The translations under genes were made by a program, and so were the position numbers. Below are positions 24,308 through 38,430 of a stretch of 64,000 nt of DNA, piece after piece. The notes under the pieces were generated by a model. The model was not told the origin of the DNA, ran no database searches, and saw only the letters and a program-made list of their open reading frames with translations. This DNA comes from Vicugna vicugna (Eukaryota): assembly GCA_013265495.1 (NCBI GenBank), contig MU058221.1, positions 2,914,001-2,978,000 of the forward strand. Reading direction: 5' to 3'. Numbering within the stretch: position 1 is the first letter of the stretch; every line of letters starts with the position of its first letter.

Positions 24308-25104
24308 CTTCTTGGGAGAACCTTTCATGTATCCCTGGAATTTAGAGAAATACATGAACAAAATGACTCTTTTGCCCTTGCTTATGAAAGTCTGGCTTCT
24401 GGCTACAACGGCTCAGGAAGAAGGGTTTTGGGAGAGGAATCATTAGCACCACACCACCTGTCAACCATTCGGCAAGGCAAGAACCTCGGTTTTCACTAGA
24501 GGTTATCCATTACTTAGTCATCTTGAAGATTACTCAACCCAAGATGGCGGTTGGCTGGCCAAGACGAAGGGAACTGAATGGTAAGAGGCTATGAGCTACA
24601 TTATTAAGAGCAGAATTTATGTGGTGACTGTGTGGGGTCACTCAGAAAACTCATCCTCAAGTCAGTAACTTGACTGGGGCTACCATTTTCACAGTTACCC
24701 TACGGAGAAGTCAAGTCAAGCCAGCACTTCTCACAAGCCCACGGCTGCTGTCCCAGAACCTCCTTGATTCTTGTTCAATAAAAGGGCTCCAAACAGTGTG
24801 AGATCGAGCTCACTTCCCAAAACACCGTTGTCTTAATTTCTACAACAGTGTGTTCATTTTTAGGAAAGGGAGTTGTAAGTTAGTCCATGATGACTTCTCT
24901 GTCAGTTTGTTCCCACGTGCTCTAGAGGTTGTCACAATTCCTGTTTATAAAAGAAAACATTGATGAGTATTTCCCTCTCTGATTTTCCCCTTTAGATTTT
25001 ACTGAATTTTGGGTTTTTTTGTGTAGGCTAATGGGTTCTGTGTAGACAATGATTGTAAAACACAGACTTTGGGGCTTCTAAGGGAACTTCAAGATCTTCT
25101 AGTC

Positions 25105-25216
25105 CAGTGGTTTCTTTGGCTAAAAATCTAAATACTTAAGGCAGATGTCATAAATCTGTTTTTTTCACAGAGTCCTAGGTGCTTCTAATGCACAGAGAAT
25201 TTTGGAAATGACTGGG
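25105..25216. mobile_element. MER5-like hAT MITE remnant
   Basis: cagtggtttct...taggtgcttctaatgcacag...ggaaatgactg. Confidence 0.4.
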
Positions 25217-25676
25217 CTGCTCTTACTTTTCAAGTGCTTGAATGACTGATTGACAAGAGGTGTACATATTCAATTATACCTCAATCTGTAGCAGAGTGAA
25301 ATGAGCAGGATTTGGGTTTGGATTTGATCCTGCGTCTCGCAGGATTCCATTCCTTCCTGTAGTCTTTCTTTGAAACTTCATGTACGTAAAATAAATGATG
25401 GCTGGAATTTATTTTTCATTTTAATTTCAACTGCGTCTTCATCTCTGGGCTGCAGTCTAGGTCGCTTTGAGTCAATTTCTTTTTCTCCTCTTAGGCGTCA
25501 CCGAGTTCAGATTGTTTTCTGCCCATCCAGAAGACGTCTCTCCCAGGATGTTATAGAGGAAGACGGACTATTCATGGAGGATTAGCTGGGTTTTAGAAAT
25601 GATGTGGGGCTGCAGGGTGTAAAGGCAACAGAGATCCACATCCTGGATGGCTAGTCCATCTATTGCAACTGCTGAC

Positions 25677-25740
25677 ATTATTATTTACTATTATTATTGT
25701 TATTATTATCATTGTCATTATCATTATCATTATTATTACT
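25677..25740. repeat. (TAT)/(TCATTA) simple repeat
   Basis: Directly visible. Confidence 0.85.
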
Positions 25741-26237
25741 TTTCTGTTCACAAATGTGCAGCCAAAGCATCAAGGTCAGAGACAACTATTTTTGAATCCT
25801 CTGCTTTTGTTATCAGCAAGATTGATTAACAGTGCCTCCCACTCTGTGCAGTATTTTTAAGGGAAGCAGAGGTGATTGGATGGTTATGCAGAAGTCCCTG
25901 AAGAATCAGACAAAGTCAGGGGAAGCCAACGACTAATGAAAATGTAACACTGATTGTTTTCACCTAATTAACCTCTGAGACGCTCCAGCGCCTGGTCAAA
26001 ATGCGAAATTGGTAAAAAACAAAAAAACAAAAAAAACCTCTTTTCCCAGCTCTTCTTACTTTCTCTTTATTTGCACTTTACCGCCAGGAACTGAGGGATT
26101 GGTCCTTTTTTAAATCACCTAGTATTCATGCTAGCCCTTCTTCCCTCAAGTGTAAGCAAAATTCTGTCTTACCCAACATTTGACTTGATTAATGGATGGC
26201 CCTGTTCCTCAGAATCAGTTATTGGAATATGATTTTA

Positions 26238-26342
26238 TTTTTTATTATTATTATTGTCTTTAAAATGGAGGTGCTGGGGACTGAACCCTGGACCTCGTGC
26301 ATGCTGAGCATGTGCTCTACCACTGAGCCGTTCCCCACCCCC
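26238..26342 (-). mobile_element. vic-1-type camelid SINE
   Basis: atggaggtgctggggactgaaccctggacctcgtgcatgctgagcatgtgctctaccactgagc; TSD approximately gaatatgattttta / ggatgtgattttta. Confidence 0.9.
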
Positions 26343-27179
26343 AGGATGTGATTTTTAGATATGAGACTTTTCTAACTTTATATGTATTTCATCCCTGAGC
26401 CTATGCAGAGAATGTGGGACCACCCTGGTTTGGGGCAACTTTTGGAATTCAGTGAGTTGCCCTGTGCCTCATCAAAGATCAGGCTATTTTGTTTAATTGT
26501 TACTCAAATTCAGACCAATAATTTATTTCTCCCTCAAAGCAGAAGTTTCCTTTAGAATTATAAGGGAAACAGTGCCATTCTCATGCTAATGAGCCCGTAT
26601 GAACATAACACCCCAAAGGTGAATGGTGACTGCAAAATCGGTAAACCTCTGAATAATTCAAAGGGCTCTGTTTCAGAGCCTAAAATTTTGGGGGCGATTA
26701 TTTGCTAATATGTCTGCAGCTCTTTACAGCTTACAAAGGGCTTTCAAATACAGGATTTTATTTAAGGTTCATCACAGACATGACGATGAGGTCTGTGGTC
26801 ATTATTTTGTAAAGGAAGTCATGGCACTCAGAGCTGAAGGTGGTGACGCTGGTCTCTGATCCAGGTCTTCTGCCCCCAGTGCGTTGACTCCCCCATTTCA
26901 CGGACCACCCAACCACCTGCTGCTATGACGTACGTGCTACACAATATAGCACATGTTTCCAACATTACAGCCGCACAGGAACGCGGAGAATGTATCCGAC
27001 TGGCAGCGAAGTGCACACGATACTGAACATAAAACCCCGGACTAGGAAGTGAAAAAACAGATGCGTCACACGACCTGGCTTCCACCTTCTACTCGCTCCG
27101 TGGCCTTGGGTAGGTTGCTTAGACGTTTCCGAAGTTCACTTCTCTTTGCCAGAGACACTGACGACTCCTGGCGGGCCAC

Positions 27180-27712
27180 GGTTTCAGGTTCCTATTGTGA
27201 TGTAACAAAACACCCCAACCTTGAAAGAACAACGGTGTGTGACTCATTATGATCCTGCTGTGGGGACGCCGAGCAGAGTTCAGCAGGGAGGTTCTTCTGC
27301 CGCCCGGGGCATTGGCTGGGGTCATTTTCTTGGCTGTATGTAGTTAGAAGCTGGGTTGCGCTGACAGGTCCAAGAAAGCCCCCCTACCATGTTTGGCACC
27401 TCAGTGCTCCTCCACGTGGTCGCTGTCTGCATCTCCGTCCCTTCTGTGTACTGTGTCATCATTCAAAGGCCCTCCCCAGGCTTCTATTCACTGTGTGTCT
27501 CATTTCCAGGGGAGAGGAAAAGGAAGGTGTCTGATTCCTGAAGGCTGTCCTGAAATCGGCACACATCACTTCCTCTGTGTTGTGTTGGCCGAGCCAAGTC
27601 TCTAGGCCAGCCCAGATCCAAAGGAAGGAAAAACAGATTTCACCTTCTGATGGATGGAACAGTAGGCATGTAGGGCAGGGAAGATATTAATAGCTCTTAA
27701 ATTTGGAAACTG
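27180..27712 (-). mobile_element. MaLR LTR (MLT1H/I-like)
   Basis: ctattgtgatgtaacaaaacacccc...ggccagcccagatccaaagg...tttggaaac. Confidence 0.65.
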
Positions 27713-30019
27713 TATCTCAGAAAGAGACTAAAGTTTACAGCTTTTTCCCAAACACAAATAATTATTAGGGACTTGTTATGAAAGAACTGTTCTATGCTGT
27801 GAGCGTAGACAAACACACAGAGAAGCATTTAATTATAAACTTCAGTAAGAGCTATGAAGGAAACTAGCGTGCTAAAACACAGTGGACTGACTTAGATGGC
27901 TGGGTCAGGAGAAGCATCCGAGCAAGGGACATTTGTGTCGAGAGCCGGAGCCCGGGTTGCCGTTAGCCATGTGAAAAGAAATGGAAAGGAAACATTCCAG
28001 GCAGAGGCCACAGCACATGGGATGACCCTGAGGTGTGTTCCAAGCACGGAAGTGTGGCGTGCAAATGATTCAGGGGAGGCAGGCCAGACCGCGCTGTTCC
28101 CACTGTGGGAGCGGTCCTCATTTCATCCAGATGTTGAGAGCCAGCTCAGTCAGAGGTGTTCCCCATGCAACCACGCTGGGGCACGGCTGAATGTGACTGA
28201 ACAGGAGAAAGCTCCAAGAGATTCTGGTTTCTTTCTTTTGGTTAAGAATGTTCCCACAGTCACAGACAGGTGTGTGTGGGCAGGAAGGGGAAGGAAAAAG
28301 ATTCAAAGATAGAGATTCAGGAACTTATTTTTATAATACAAGCTCATCTCTGCTTCCTGGGCATCTACCTTTTCTAACGGTATTACACTTAGGACTCTGA
28401 CATCATAAATGAACCTGGGATCTTACCTGCAAATTCAATCCACGCTAGGCTGGTAAACATAAGATCACGCAAATTAATGTTTTAATTGAGTGGACAAAGT
28501 CCAAAACGCCTGCCACTTAAATTTTAATTATGCATGCAGAACAAAGACTGTGTTCCAAATGTGATGTTTCTTCCCCCTCAAGAAAGCAAAGCTCAAAACT
28601 AAATGATAAATTCCACATCAAGCAGTTAGAATGGACTCTAAACCATCACAGATCTTGGATATCTCTGCTTGGTGCAGGAAGAATAAAGTGAAAAAGATAC
28701 ACTGCCTCCTGATAGAGAAGAATAATCTGCTAGACAGCAATTTGCCCGAATCCGCCACCTCCTTGCTGCGTATTTATTGCGTGCCCAGCCCCACGCAGCA
28801 CACTTAAGCAGGAGACACAGAAATGTATGATGCTGTGGAACGCGGTCTTTCTGACTGTCCAGGAGCAGCCTAACCAAGAAGGCAAAGTGGCAAAACAATG
28901 CAGCATGAAAAATATCAAAACCAGCTTTACTGCCAAAAAGTTCTTGAAATTCAGAGGTAAATCCTTTATGTGTGAAAAGAAATAAGTGTGATTAGATCCT
29001 TTGAAGCTGAAAAGTAGCCGCTACAGCCACACACCGTGACAGCATCCGTTCTCTTCTTTCTTCCATCTGTGGTTTTGGGTGTAAACCCAGAAAAACCAGT
29101 CTGTGTCTTACGTATTTATGGCTCAGTGATCAGGCGAGCTGGGACGTTCGCTCAGTCCATCACAGCCCTCATCCTTGGGAAGCAGGGATGCAGACTCAGC
29201 CTCAGACCCCAAGAATTAGCGATGAGCACGTGGGAGCCACAGAGAGATGGACTCCATACTGAGGAACCCAAGATCGGAGAGGTGGAAAAAAGATTACCCG
29301 AAGCCTTTGCATGCCTTGCTTAATTTTTAAATTTTTATTTACCCGTAGCAATCCAGCTGATAAGACGGCTGCCACCCCTCGGATGATTCGGGTCGTTCAG
29401 TCAATACCTGCTTGCACTGACGCTGGTGAGAGGGACGGCCAAACACCCCGAAGGATACCCTGAGAATACCCTCTCGCCCTGAGAATCCATGACACTCACT
29501 TCTTACAAGAATCACTTCCAGTCCCAGACCTGACCGATTCCTCCAAGTCGAAACCGGTGATCATTTAGTGAGTGGAGTAAGTGAAGTGTATTAGCCGGAG
29601 TGGAGAGTTTAGAGCAAAAACTGAAAGAAAGGAAGAAAAGAAAAGAAAGGATAGATGGAGGTATGGATGGGTGGAAGGAAAGACGGAAGGAAAAACAAAG
29701 TGAGTTCAATTCCCAGCCACATGATAAAGGACACCCACGGGTTCCCCGCTCAGTGTACTCACATGGACCTAGAAACCTAGTTTATAACCATAGCAGCCCA
29801 TACAGTTACATGCCTTAAAAGCAACGTGTAATTTCAGCTGGACTGGATCCTGTCTAAAGGCAGATTGCATGTGATACTCAACTGTGTATTGGCAGTTCCT
29901 AGAGCAGTCCTGGGATTTCTGGTTAAAGAAATTTCGAGTCTCCTAAATAAACATGGCAGGAATGAGGGAGAGCTGGGTGCCGGGTCTTTGTGTCGGCTTT
30001 AATAAGAGATCACAAGGGT

Positions 30020-30136
30020 GGGGGAGGGTAACAGCTCAGCGGTAGAGCACATGCTTAGCATCCAAGAGGTCCTGGGTTCCATCCCCAGCACCTCCACTGG
30101 AAAACAAAAACAAAAACAAAAACAAACAAGAAAAAA
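30020..30136 (+). mobile_element. vic-1-type camelid SINE
   Basis: ggggagggtaacagctcagcggtagagcacatgcttagcatccaagaggtcctgggttccatccccagcacctcca with tRNA-like A/B boxes, A-rich tail and TSD containing tcacaag. Confidence 0.92.
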
Positions 30137-31833
30137 GTCACAAGAGCAGTGGAAGAAAAACAAGAGAAGCATATGGTGATTCCAATACATACATATTTTC
30201 TTCTGTTTGCCTGTGCAACGAGAGAGAGCAAATGCTAGAACTAGGATTACAGAGGTAAGTTTGACAATTTCCAGGGAGAGAATTGGAAAATGTTAAGCCT
30301 GTGTTCTGTTCGGCGTTCAACAATGCCCAGGAGTAGCAGCTTCGTTGCTCTTGACATTTTTCTATATTCTTTCTTAATTAGTTTTTTTTTCATACCTTCC
30401 CTGGAAGGCAAGATCAGACTATCAGCAGTTATCCACAATACAGCAGTGAGATGATCTGTATAAACTAAGACGGACACGTGCAGACTTACTCTGAGAAGTG
30501 TCACGTCGAAGTACGTGTTAAACACGACTTCTTAAAATAATTCAAGGCGTACACGTATCATGTGTGCTGACAGTTCAATTTTCATCTTGATGTGGCACTT
30601 CATAATTTACAAAGCACTGCGGATGCTGCTGGGGTCGCCGCATGGAGACACCTCTCTTTATGATCTCTGTGAAAGCAAGCTTACATTCTCCCAGTCAGGA
30701 ACTGGGGGAACGCAGGTTTGTTCCAGACAAATGAGAGTGGTCAGCTGTGTCCCTCTGCTCAGAGCCAGAGAAGGTGACTGAGCTGTCTGATGGTGACAAA
30801 GGATTGTCATAGCAGATTAGGTTCACTGAGGATTCCCACGTCACAAAGTTTTATTATTTTATTAATAATGGTTATTATTTTATTATCAAATGTTATTTAT
30901 CATAAAATGATATTATTAATTTAGTGGTTATTAAATATTATTATTACTATTAACATGCTCATCTCCCTGTCAGCCCCACTGACAAACGAGTCTTAGTGGA
31001 TACAAAAATACGCCCTTAAAGCAAAAGATAAAGTTCCTTTCTAAGAGTCAGACAACCGAGTTTCAGCTCAGAATGGGAGAAATCAGTCAAATGAAAGAAT
31101 CCCTTTGGCTAAGAGACTTGGAACATAACCAAGTCCAATGAATGTGACCAGGACATACATTCAAGCGGAACCTCACTACAGCAAGCGGTAACCTAGTCAA
31201 TACCATTCACACCTTCCCTTCCTTCCTTTATGCAGATTTTTTTATTGATCACATTTTTCAGTGACAGGGATCACACTCTTCAGGGACAGAGGTACAAAGA
31301 CAATTCAGACACAGCCTTTAAGGATTCCTAAGATAGCAGGAGATCCGTATGTAGAAACATACCATGACAGTGCCTTGTGAGAAGTGTTACAACAGAGACA
31401 TTTGCCATGTGCAGGTCACACAGAGAAAGAAAGGGACGCTGTCTAGGACCAAAGGCTTACAGAGGGACTTATAGAGAAGGTTCCGTCTGAGCTGGTTCTT
31501 CAAGACTGAGCGTGGCGGGAACCAACATAGTGGGAAGGGGTACTGACAATGCCTTATGACGCCACTTTCCAGACCTCACTCATTTTCAACATGACAAGAG
31601 TAATTTAGACCTGGTTCTGCTGTCTGAGCTGACGGGAGGTCTCAGAGATGCTGATTAGGTAGGAAAGGTAGTCGTCATGAAAACTGACCACAGAAAAGTG
31701 AGTTCTGATTTGGGTCTCAGGGACGATCAGGTGCACTGAGACTTATGGCATGAGAAAAAGGTTAAATGATGACAAAAAAGAAGGTTGCCATGGAAAATCT
31801 TAGACGTAGCTTGAACATGAAGGTGCTATGTAC

Positions 31834-31934
31834 TTTTTTAATTGAAGTACCATCAGTTACAATGTGTCAGTTTCTGGTGTGCAGCACGATGTCCCAGGCG
31901 TGCACATACATACATACGTTCGTTTTCATATTCT
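31834..31934 (-). mobile_element. Very short L1 3' tail
   Basis: ttttttaattgaagta...tacaatgtgtcagtttctggtgtgcagcac; TSD aaggtgctat at 31820-31829 and 31936-31945. Confidence 0.88.
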
Positions 31935-33586
31935 AAAGGTGCTATTTTTACACAATGTTAATGAAATGTAGCAGGTGTACTCGAAGTACCATTGATTAGG
32001 GAACATTCAGGGTTTGGAAAGCAGCAAGAGACGTAAGATGGTGCTGTGCAGGGAGCTGTATAGGTACTGTTGAATTTCATAATGAGCGGATATTCAAGGC
32101 TCCCTTTGGAGCCCAGAGGTATGTGAGATACGAACATTCCGCCCCCTCCAGATCTAGTGCCTTACAGATCATGACAGTCTTTGAAAGGCTGGGATCGGCA
32201 GCTCGGTATACGAAATGATTAGTCCTTTTTGCAGGTGGGGAAAAAAAAGAGAAAGGAGTATTTTTAAAAGAACAGAATGTGTGTGAAAGATTAGGGAGTG
32301 TTTTGGAGACACGAGTCTGTGACTGACGGAAGAAATATCGCTGAGTACTTTGGGACAGTGGGAGACAAGGCATGTAGCAAAGATGCAAAGGTTGTCACGA
32401 AAGGACTAAGGGGAGGAGGTGCAGCACAAAGAGCTGGCTCTGGCACCTTTGTGGAGGGCTGGGCAAGGAGGAGAGATGGCTCGGATAAAGAGACTTTAGT
32501 GTGGCAAATATTTGCAGAAATGTTTAGACCCGTCCCAGATTAAGGGAATGGACAAGAGATGTCGAGGCACCCAGAGACTACGGTTTACTGCCCACAGGGA
32601 GGGGAAAGAGGAGGAGATAATTACACAGGACCCCGATGAGAGATGGAGCTGCAGGTGGAAGGGCTTGTGACAGGAATGCTGGTGGTGGTGGTGAGGTTTG
32701 GCACCAAAGCAGGGAGGAACAGGATTAAAACACCCCAAACTTTCTCTCTCCCCGTGCCCCGGTCTCCTGCTGATGCCTCCCGTTGCTGAAGCTAACACGA
32801 AACTAACCAGAAGGGCTGTCCAGGTGACTTTTCCTGTCGATACCAGCCTCCTGGGGCACAGAGCCAATTGGAGAAGAGCATGAAAGGGAAGGGCCAGTGG
32901 CAAACGAAGACTAACAAGCACAACATACTAGGAAGGAAAACAGTTGGCTGACTTTTCTATAGACAAAAAGACATTTCATCCACAATCTTCCAAATCCTAT
33001 AGTTCTGTTTTTGCTTTTTTCCTCCCCAAGTAGTGTTTTAATAAATCAGCATGGCTTTTTGGATTTCTGGATAGCCCGGGGTCTAGTTAGACTGTGCAAG
33101 ACACAAGGACAACCTATTTCCTGCTGCCAATAAATATATTTATAACTGGCTCATCCATTGTCTTCTTTAAGATCGGTTAGCACAAGTCATTCTTCAAGAA
33201 CCTGGTCAGCTCTGGGTATGCTTTCAAACTAAAGACATGTTCCTTGAGAGTGGTGGCTCCAGCAAATTAATAAACACTTATAAGTACCTAGTTAAATCAT
33301 AATTTTCTACAAAGTAAAATCATGACTCTCATGCAAATATAAAATGAACGCATGGAATTAATGCGGTAATCAGTAAGATATTGAGAGCAGTCAAAATGAG
33401 AATTTCAAGAACTTGGTATGCATTAGCAATTTAATGGAGGAACATTAGGGAAGAAAAAACAACTGGACTTGATATAAAATGGTTTAAAGTCCTAGAGAAT
33501 AATAAACCACAGTATTAAAGGCTTTATTTTCTACCAGGAGAAAAAGTACTTGCAGCTTTACTGAACTAGAAGCGACAAGTTAAACA

Positions 33587-33728
33587 TCTTGTAGTGACCT
33601 ACAATGAGCAAGAATATGAAAACAAATGTATGTATGATTGAAACGTTATGCTGCACACCAGACATTGACACCTTGTAACTGACTATACTCCAGTAAGTAA
33701 TAATAATAATAATACAGTTAAAAAAAAT
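33587..33728 (+). mobile_element. Short L1 3' tail
   Basis: atcttgtagtgacctacaatg...ttatgctgcacaccagacattgacac; TSD approximately aagcgacaagtt / aagctacaagtg. Confidence 0.85.
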
Positions 33729-34899
33729 ACAAGCTACAAGTGAACCTCGGCCTTACAGAGCTGTAAATAGCACGGCCAAGAGAGCGTCTATCAAATACGA
33801 AGCCCAACTCTGCCCTGAGAATGCATCCAATGTTCTCTTTCGCCTGTTTCCACGTTTCAGACACTTTTCCTTAGAACCTATTTAAGAATCCACCAAGCTT
33901 CCTTCTCAGATTTCTCTGTTTTTAGAAATCCTTTTAGGAGAATGAAGTCATTACAGTCACAGAGGAATTCTGGTTGCCTGAGGGTGGCGAGTTCCAGATC
34001 ACATTCTGGAGAAAACAACTAAAGAAATGAGAGAGCGGAGAGAGGGGAGGGAGACACTGCGTCCCAGACAGACACGTTACTCTCTATTCTGTGTTAAATC
34101 GTTTTATTTTGCTTCGGTAAGGGTTACAGACATTTCACATTTTAAGTCAGGCAGCGTTCTCCCACTGAATTGGTCTGATCTTTGTTTAAGTATCTGTGTT
34201 TTCACTCCTTCAGCCTGGGACTTGGAATACGTCAGGGCCTTCAGAATCTTACGTTGGCAATAGACCTGGGTGTTCAGGGTTCCTTTAGTCTTTTATGTTA
34301 TTAATTAGGTGCTTCCTTTTGCTTCCTTGGAAGCCAGGATCAGCTGTTCCTCGGATCTTTCTCTAACTCACATTCTGATTCTCTTTGGCCCACGTGTGAA
34401 CCAGAGAATCGTCCACGTCGGTCTGCAGGCATTTGACAGACTAGGCAGGACTTCCGTCCTGGATTTCTGCTGCCTGTACTTTCCTGTTGCTTCCTACAGC
34501 ACGGTCAGTACCATGCAGTTTAGCTGACCTAGAGTTCCTCTTGGAAGGGAGGGCTACCTTGCACTTTTCATTTAAGTCCAAAAAAAACAAAAAAAAAACC
34601 CCAAAAAACAAAAAACACTGCCCCCGGGATACCGGTGCGATGCCTTCCGGGGTCAGAGTAGGTCTCATTTGTACTTGTCTGAGCTGGAGACCAGCCGTTT
34701 CTGGTTCTCAGAGCAGACTCTGAGAAGGTGCTCATGAGGAAGAAAGCATCCTGGGAAGAATTTAAAGGAAGCTGGAATTTACCCTCAACAGCAGACTTGG
34801 CTTATGAACGAGGGACCAAAACTGAATCCTGTAAGAACATCTTAAAACCCACCTTTTTGTTTTCCCAGAAAATAATGCCCAGTGATGATTTAGTGCATC

Positions 34900-36260
34900 A
34901 AGAGACAGATAAATAGAGCAACCTCCAAAGTTCAGAAATAGGAAAAATATAGGAATTTTGTATATGATAAAGTTAGTATTTGAAAGCATATGTGGAAGAT
35001 GGATGATTAATAAAGTTAACTAGCTAGAAATATCCTTTCTTAACAGTTTATACAAAAAATAAATTCCAAGCGTGTTAAAGACTTAAATGTGAAAAATAAA
35101 ACTTTAAATACAAGAAGAAACTCCGGAAAAATTTTCTTACATTGAATGGGAAAGTTCGTTTCAATTACAGAGTGAAATAGCGGTTATGGAAGGAAAAAAA
35201 CATGATTTTGATTAGACAATTCTAAAACTACTCTACCTAACAAAAACACCAGAAAAATAAATAAAATAAAACGTTTCAATTCACATAAGAGGAAATGGAT
35301 GAACTTAACAGGTAAACGTGTTCTATGAATCAATAAGAGCTCATAACGATCACCCAAGTTAAAATGGCCAAAAGAGTTAAATCAGAGGAATGTAGACATA
35401 AAGGTCCCTTAAGAAGGTGCAAATAGACTCAAACCCATTCAAAATTAGATAAATATAAGTTAAAACTATATTATTATTATTTTTAAAGCTTTGTTTACCC
35501 TTTTAAAAATATTTTAATTTATTATTTTGTTGTTAGGTAATTAGGTTTACTTACTCTCGGAGGAGGCGCTGGGGACTGAACCCAGGACCTCATGCATGCT
35601 AGGCATGTGCTCTACCACTTGAGCTAGACCCTCCCTCCAAAATTATATTATTTTTTATTAGCAAATATTAAAATGTTTGAAAACACATTGTGTTGCTGAG
35701 TGTATGGAAGATGGGCACTTCTGTCTGTTTTCTTGGGAGTCTGAAATGGTGCTGTATTTATAGAAATGATTTGGCAGTGTCTATGAAAATTTGATGCAGA
35801 AGCAGTAATTCCACTTCTAGGAATCTGTTCCATGTTGATCCTTGCATAAATATGTGCATATATTCCTTGCAGCATTATTTGTGACAGCACAGCATAAAAG
35901 CGTTCTAAATATGAGGACTGATTAAATAAGTTGTGGAACATCCTGGAAGAGCTCGCTTTAAAAAAGAGCGAGGGAATTCATCAGACATGGATTTAGAACA
36001 ATCTTCAGAATGTATGCAAAGTGACAAACGCAAAGTACAGAAGAGTATGTTGTGTCTTGGCTAAAAAAAGGGGAAAAAATAAATACAGATGTTCACTTGT
36101 CTACATGCAGAGAACGTCTCTGCGCAAAGACATGAGAATCTGACTCCAGTGGTGGCTTCTGGAGAAGGAAACTCAGTTGCTGGGAGATTCAGTTGAAAGA
36201 CTGACTTTGTATTTTATACCTTCTAGGACCTTTGGCTATGAGATTATGTATCAGCTCAAA
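34900..36260 (+). mobile_element. Ancient L1ME ORF2-end/3' remnant
   Basis: acaaaaaataaattccaag...ttaaagacttaaatgtgaaaa; gcagtaattccacttctaggaatct; tgcagcattatttgt. Confidence 0.6.
35480..35638 (-). mobile_element. vic-1-type camelid SINE
   Basis: ggaggcgctggggactgaacccaggacctcatgcatgctaggcatgtgctctaccac; TSD aaaa(c/t)tatattatt. Confidence 0.9.
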
Positions 36261-37781
36261 CCAAAAATAAAAAATAAAAAAAAAATAGAGGATTTATTTT
36301 AAACATTTCAAATGACTGTGTGGAGATTTATCATTCTATCTGTCATGGAAGCAGGCGTCAAGGGGAAGAATAATATTTGAAGTCTAGAGGAACAAGGTAG
36401 CTGGCTAGGTAACTACCAGTTCGGAGTCGAGCCAGAAAACTGAACAAAAAGGAAGTTTAAGAGCTAAATCAAGGAATACCAACTGTCTGCTCCAGCGTCA
36501 AGCCAACCTTATTTTAGGCAGCGTACATGGCTGTCGCCAGGGTGACTCAGCCTGTCTTGGCAATTTGAAAATCATTTTAATAATCCCCTTAAACTTTAAG
36601 GCACTGAAATCAATAGCGTTTACTGTATCCGATTAATCTGTTCCCACTCACCATCTACTAGCACAGATGTTTTTCAACCGATTTTAGCAGTGGATCTTTT
36701 TTTTTTAAATAAAATATTGTGTGGCATCTTAGTACCTATATAAATAAAATGAAGTTGTTCTGCGTACTCAACGACTCTCAATTTCTAAGACCTAGTTCAA
36801 GTCTGCTTTATCTAATGAAGCTTGAGGGGATGGAGGTGGGGGAGGTGAAGAGTAGGGACCAAAGGGTTAATTACTTGCAATCAACTACACCTCCCTTACG
36901 TGTGGGGTCATGAGAGTCCATCAGCTTGTTTGACATGGGAGCATTGACATACGTAAGTCTAATCGTGCTATGACTGTTAGTCTTACCATGCAGGAATTGT
37001 GACTGACACTCTTTCAAGTTCTTTACCACAACAGAGGTGTGGAGAGGGTCTGGTCTAAATGTTCTTGCAAAATTGAATCTATGTAAATAACTGCTTATTT
37101 TGCATTCATTTTTAAACATTTTTAAATGCTTTAGAGTTTTTTTTTTCTTTTAATCTTTCTGTTTGAATTCTTGCTACTTTACATCAAGGCATTTAGTAAA
37201 CATCATGAGGTTTGGCTCAGTAGTTTCCACATTTTTTATACATAGAGTCTTTCCTGAGATCATTTTCAAAATGCACAAGCTGGTTTCTGCTTCCCACAGT
37301 GCAGGGCAGTGGGCGCTCTGAAGAGCGCTCTTGATTACAGCAAACTATGAAGGTTGAGAAAGTATTTAAACAATGCGTGTAAATTCATCACTGAGCCGAC
37401 AAGGAAGCAAGACTTTTGCAGAGGTCAAGGTGAAGGGAAAGGAAGGACTCGAGGAAGTGAGCTCCCAGACTGGCTTTCCCCTTGTCACCCTGAGCTTCCA
37501 TTTCCGTAGCTGCATAAAGTACCAGAGCCTGGAGGTAACTAACACTGATGCAAACCTAGTAGGAAACAGTTGCGAAAGCCCAGCATAAGGCAGAAGAGTA
37601 ATACAACTGCAAATATTAAGTGGACTGTAAGAAAATTAGCTTTACGTAGACTTGCAGAGTTGGAGGAGGGGGTAGAAGAAGTTGCAACATCCCTTACATA
37701 GCTTTATGGTCTGAAAATATGGTACCAACGAATGTTGTCCAAAAATGGTCAGAAGATAACTTATTTGAAAGTGATCTAGGC

Positions 37782-38300
37782 AGATGCACCCCAGTGTTCA
37801 AAGCAGCACTGTTACAACAGCCAAGACATGGACGCAACCTAAATGCCCATCGACAGATGACTGGATAAAGAGGCTGTGGTCTATTTATACAATGGAATAC
37901 TACTCAGCCATAAAAAAGAATGAAGTAATGCCATTTGCAGCAACATGGATGTTCCTGGAGATCGTCATTCTAAGTGAAGTAAGCCAGAAAGAGAAAGAAA
38001 AATACCGTATGATATCACTTATATGTAGAATCTAAAAAAAAAAAAGAAAGAAAGAAAAGAAAAAAGATAACACTAATGAACTCATCTACAAAAGAAAGAT
38101 ATTTGTAGACATCATAAACAATCTTCTGTGTGGAGAGGAATAAATTTGGGAGTTAGTTTGAGATTTGCAAATTTTTACCACTTATATATAAAAATAGATA
38201 AAAAAACAAATTTCTTCTGTGTAGCATAGGGAACTATAGTCAATATCTTGTAATAACCTTTAATAAAAAGAATATAAAAATGAACATATGTATAAAAATG

Positions 38301-38341
<41 letters not shown>

Positions 38342-38430
38342 CTGGGACATTATGCTGTATACCAGAAACTGACACATTGTAATGGACTATCCTTCAATAA
38401 AAAAATAAATAAGTTAAAAAAATAAAGAAA
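37782..38430 (+). mobile_element. Lineage-specific L1, ORF2 C-terminus plus 3' UTR
   Basis: ORF 37784..38035 reads QPKCPSTDDWIK...MEYYSAIKKNEVMPFAATWM (L1 ORF2 C-terminus); perfect 15-bp TSD gaaagtgatctaggc at 37767-37781 and 38431-38445. Confidence 0.95.
38303..38340. repeat. (CA)19 microsatellite within the L1 tail
   Basis: Directly visible. Confidence 0.95.

Noticed and set aside
30021..30095. tRNA gene
   Set aside because: The tRNA-like A/B boxes belong to a SINE with an A-rich tail and TSD, and four diverged copies are present.
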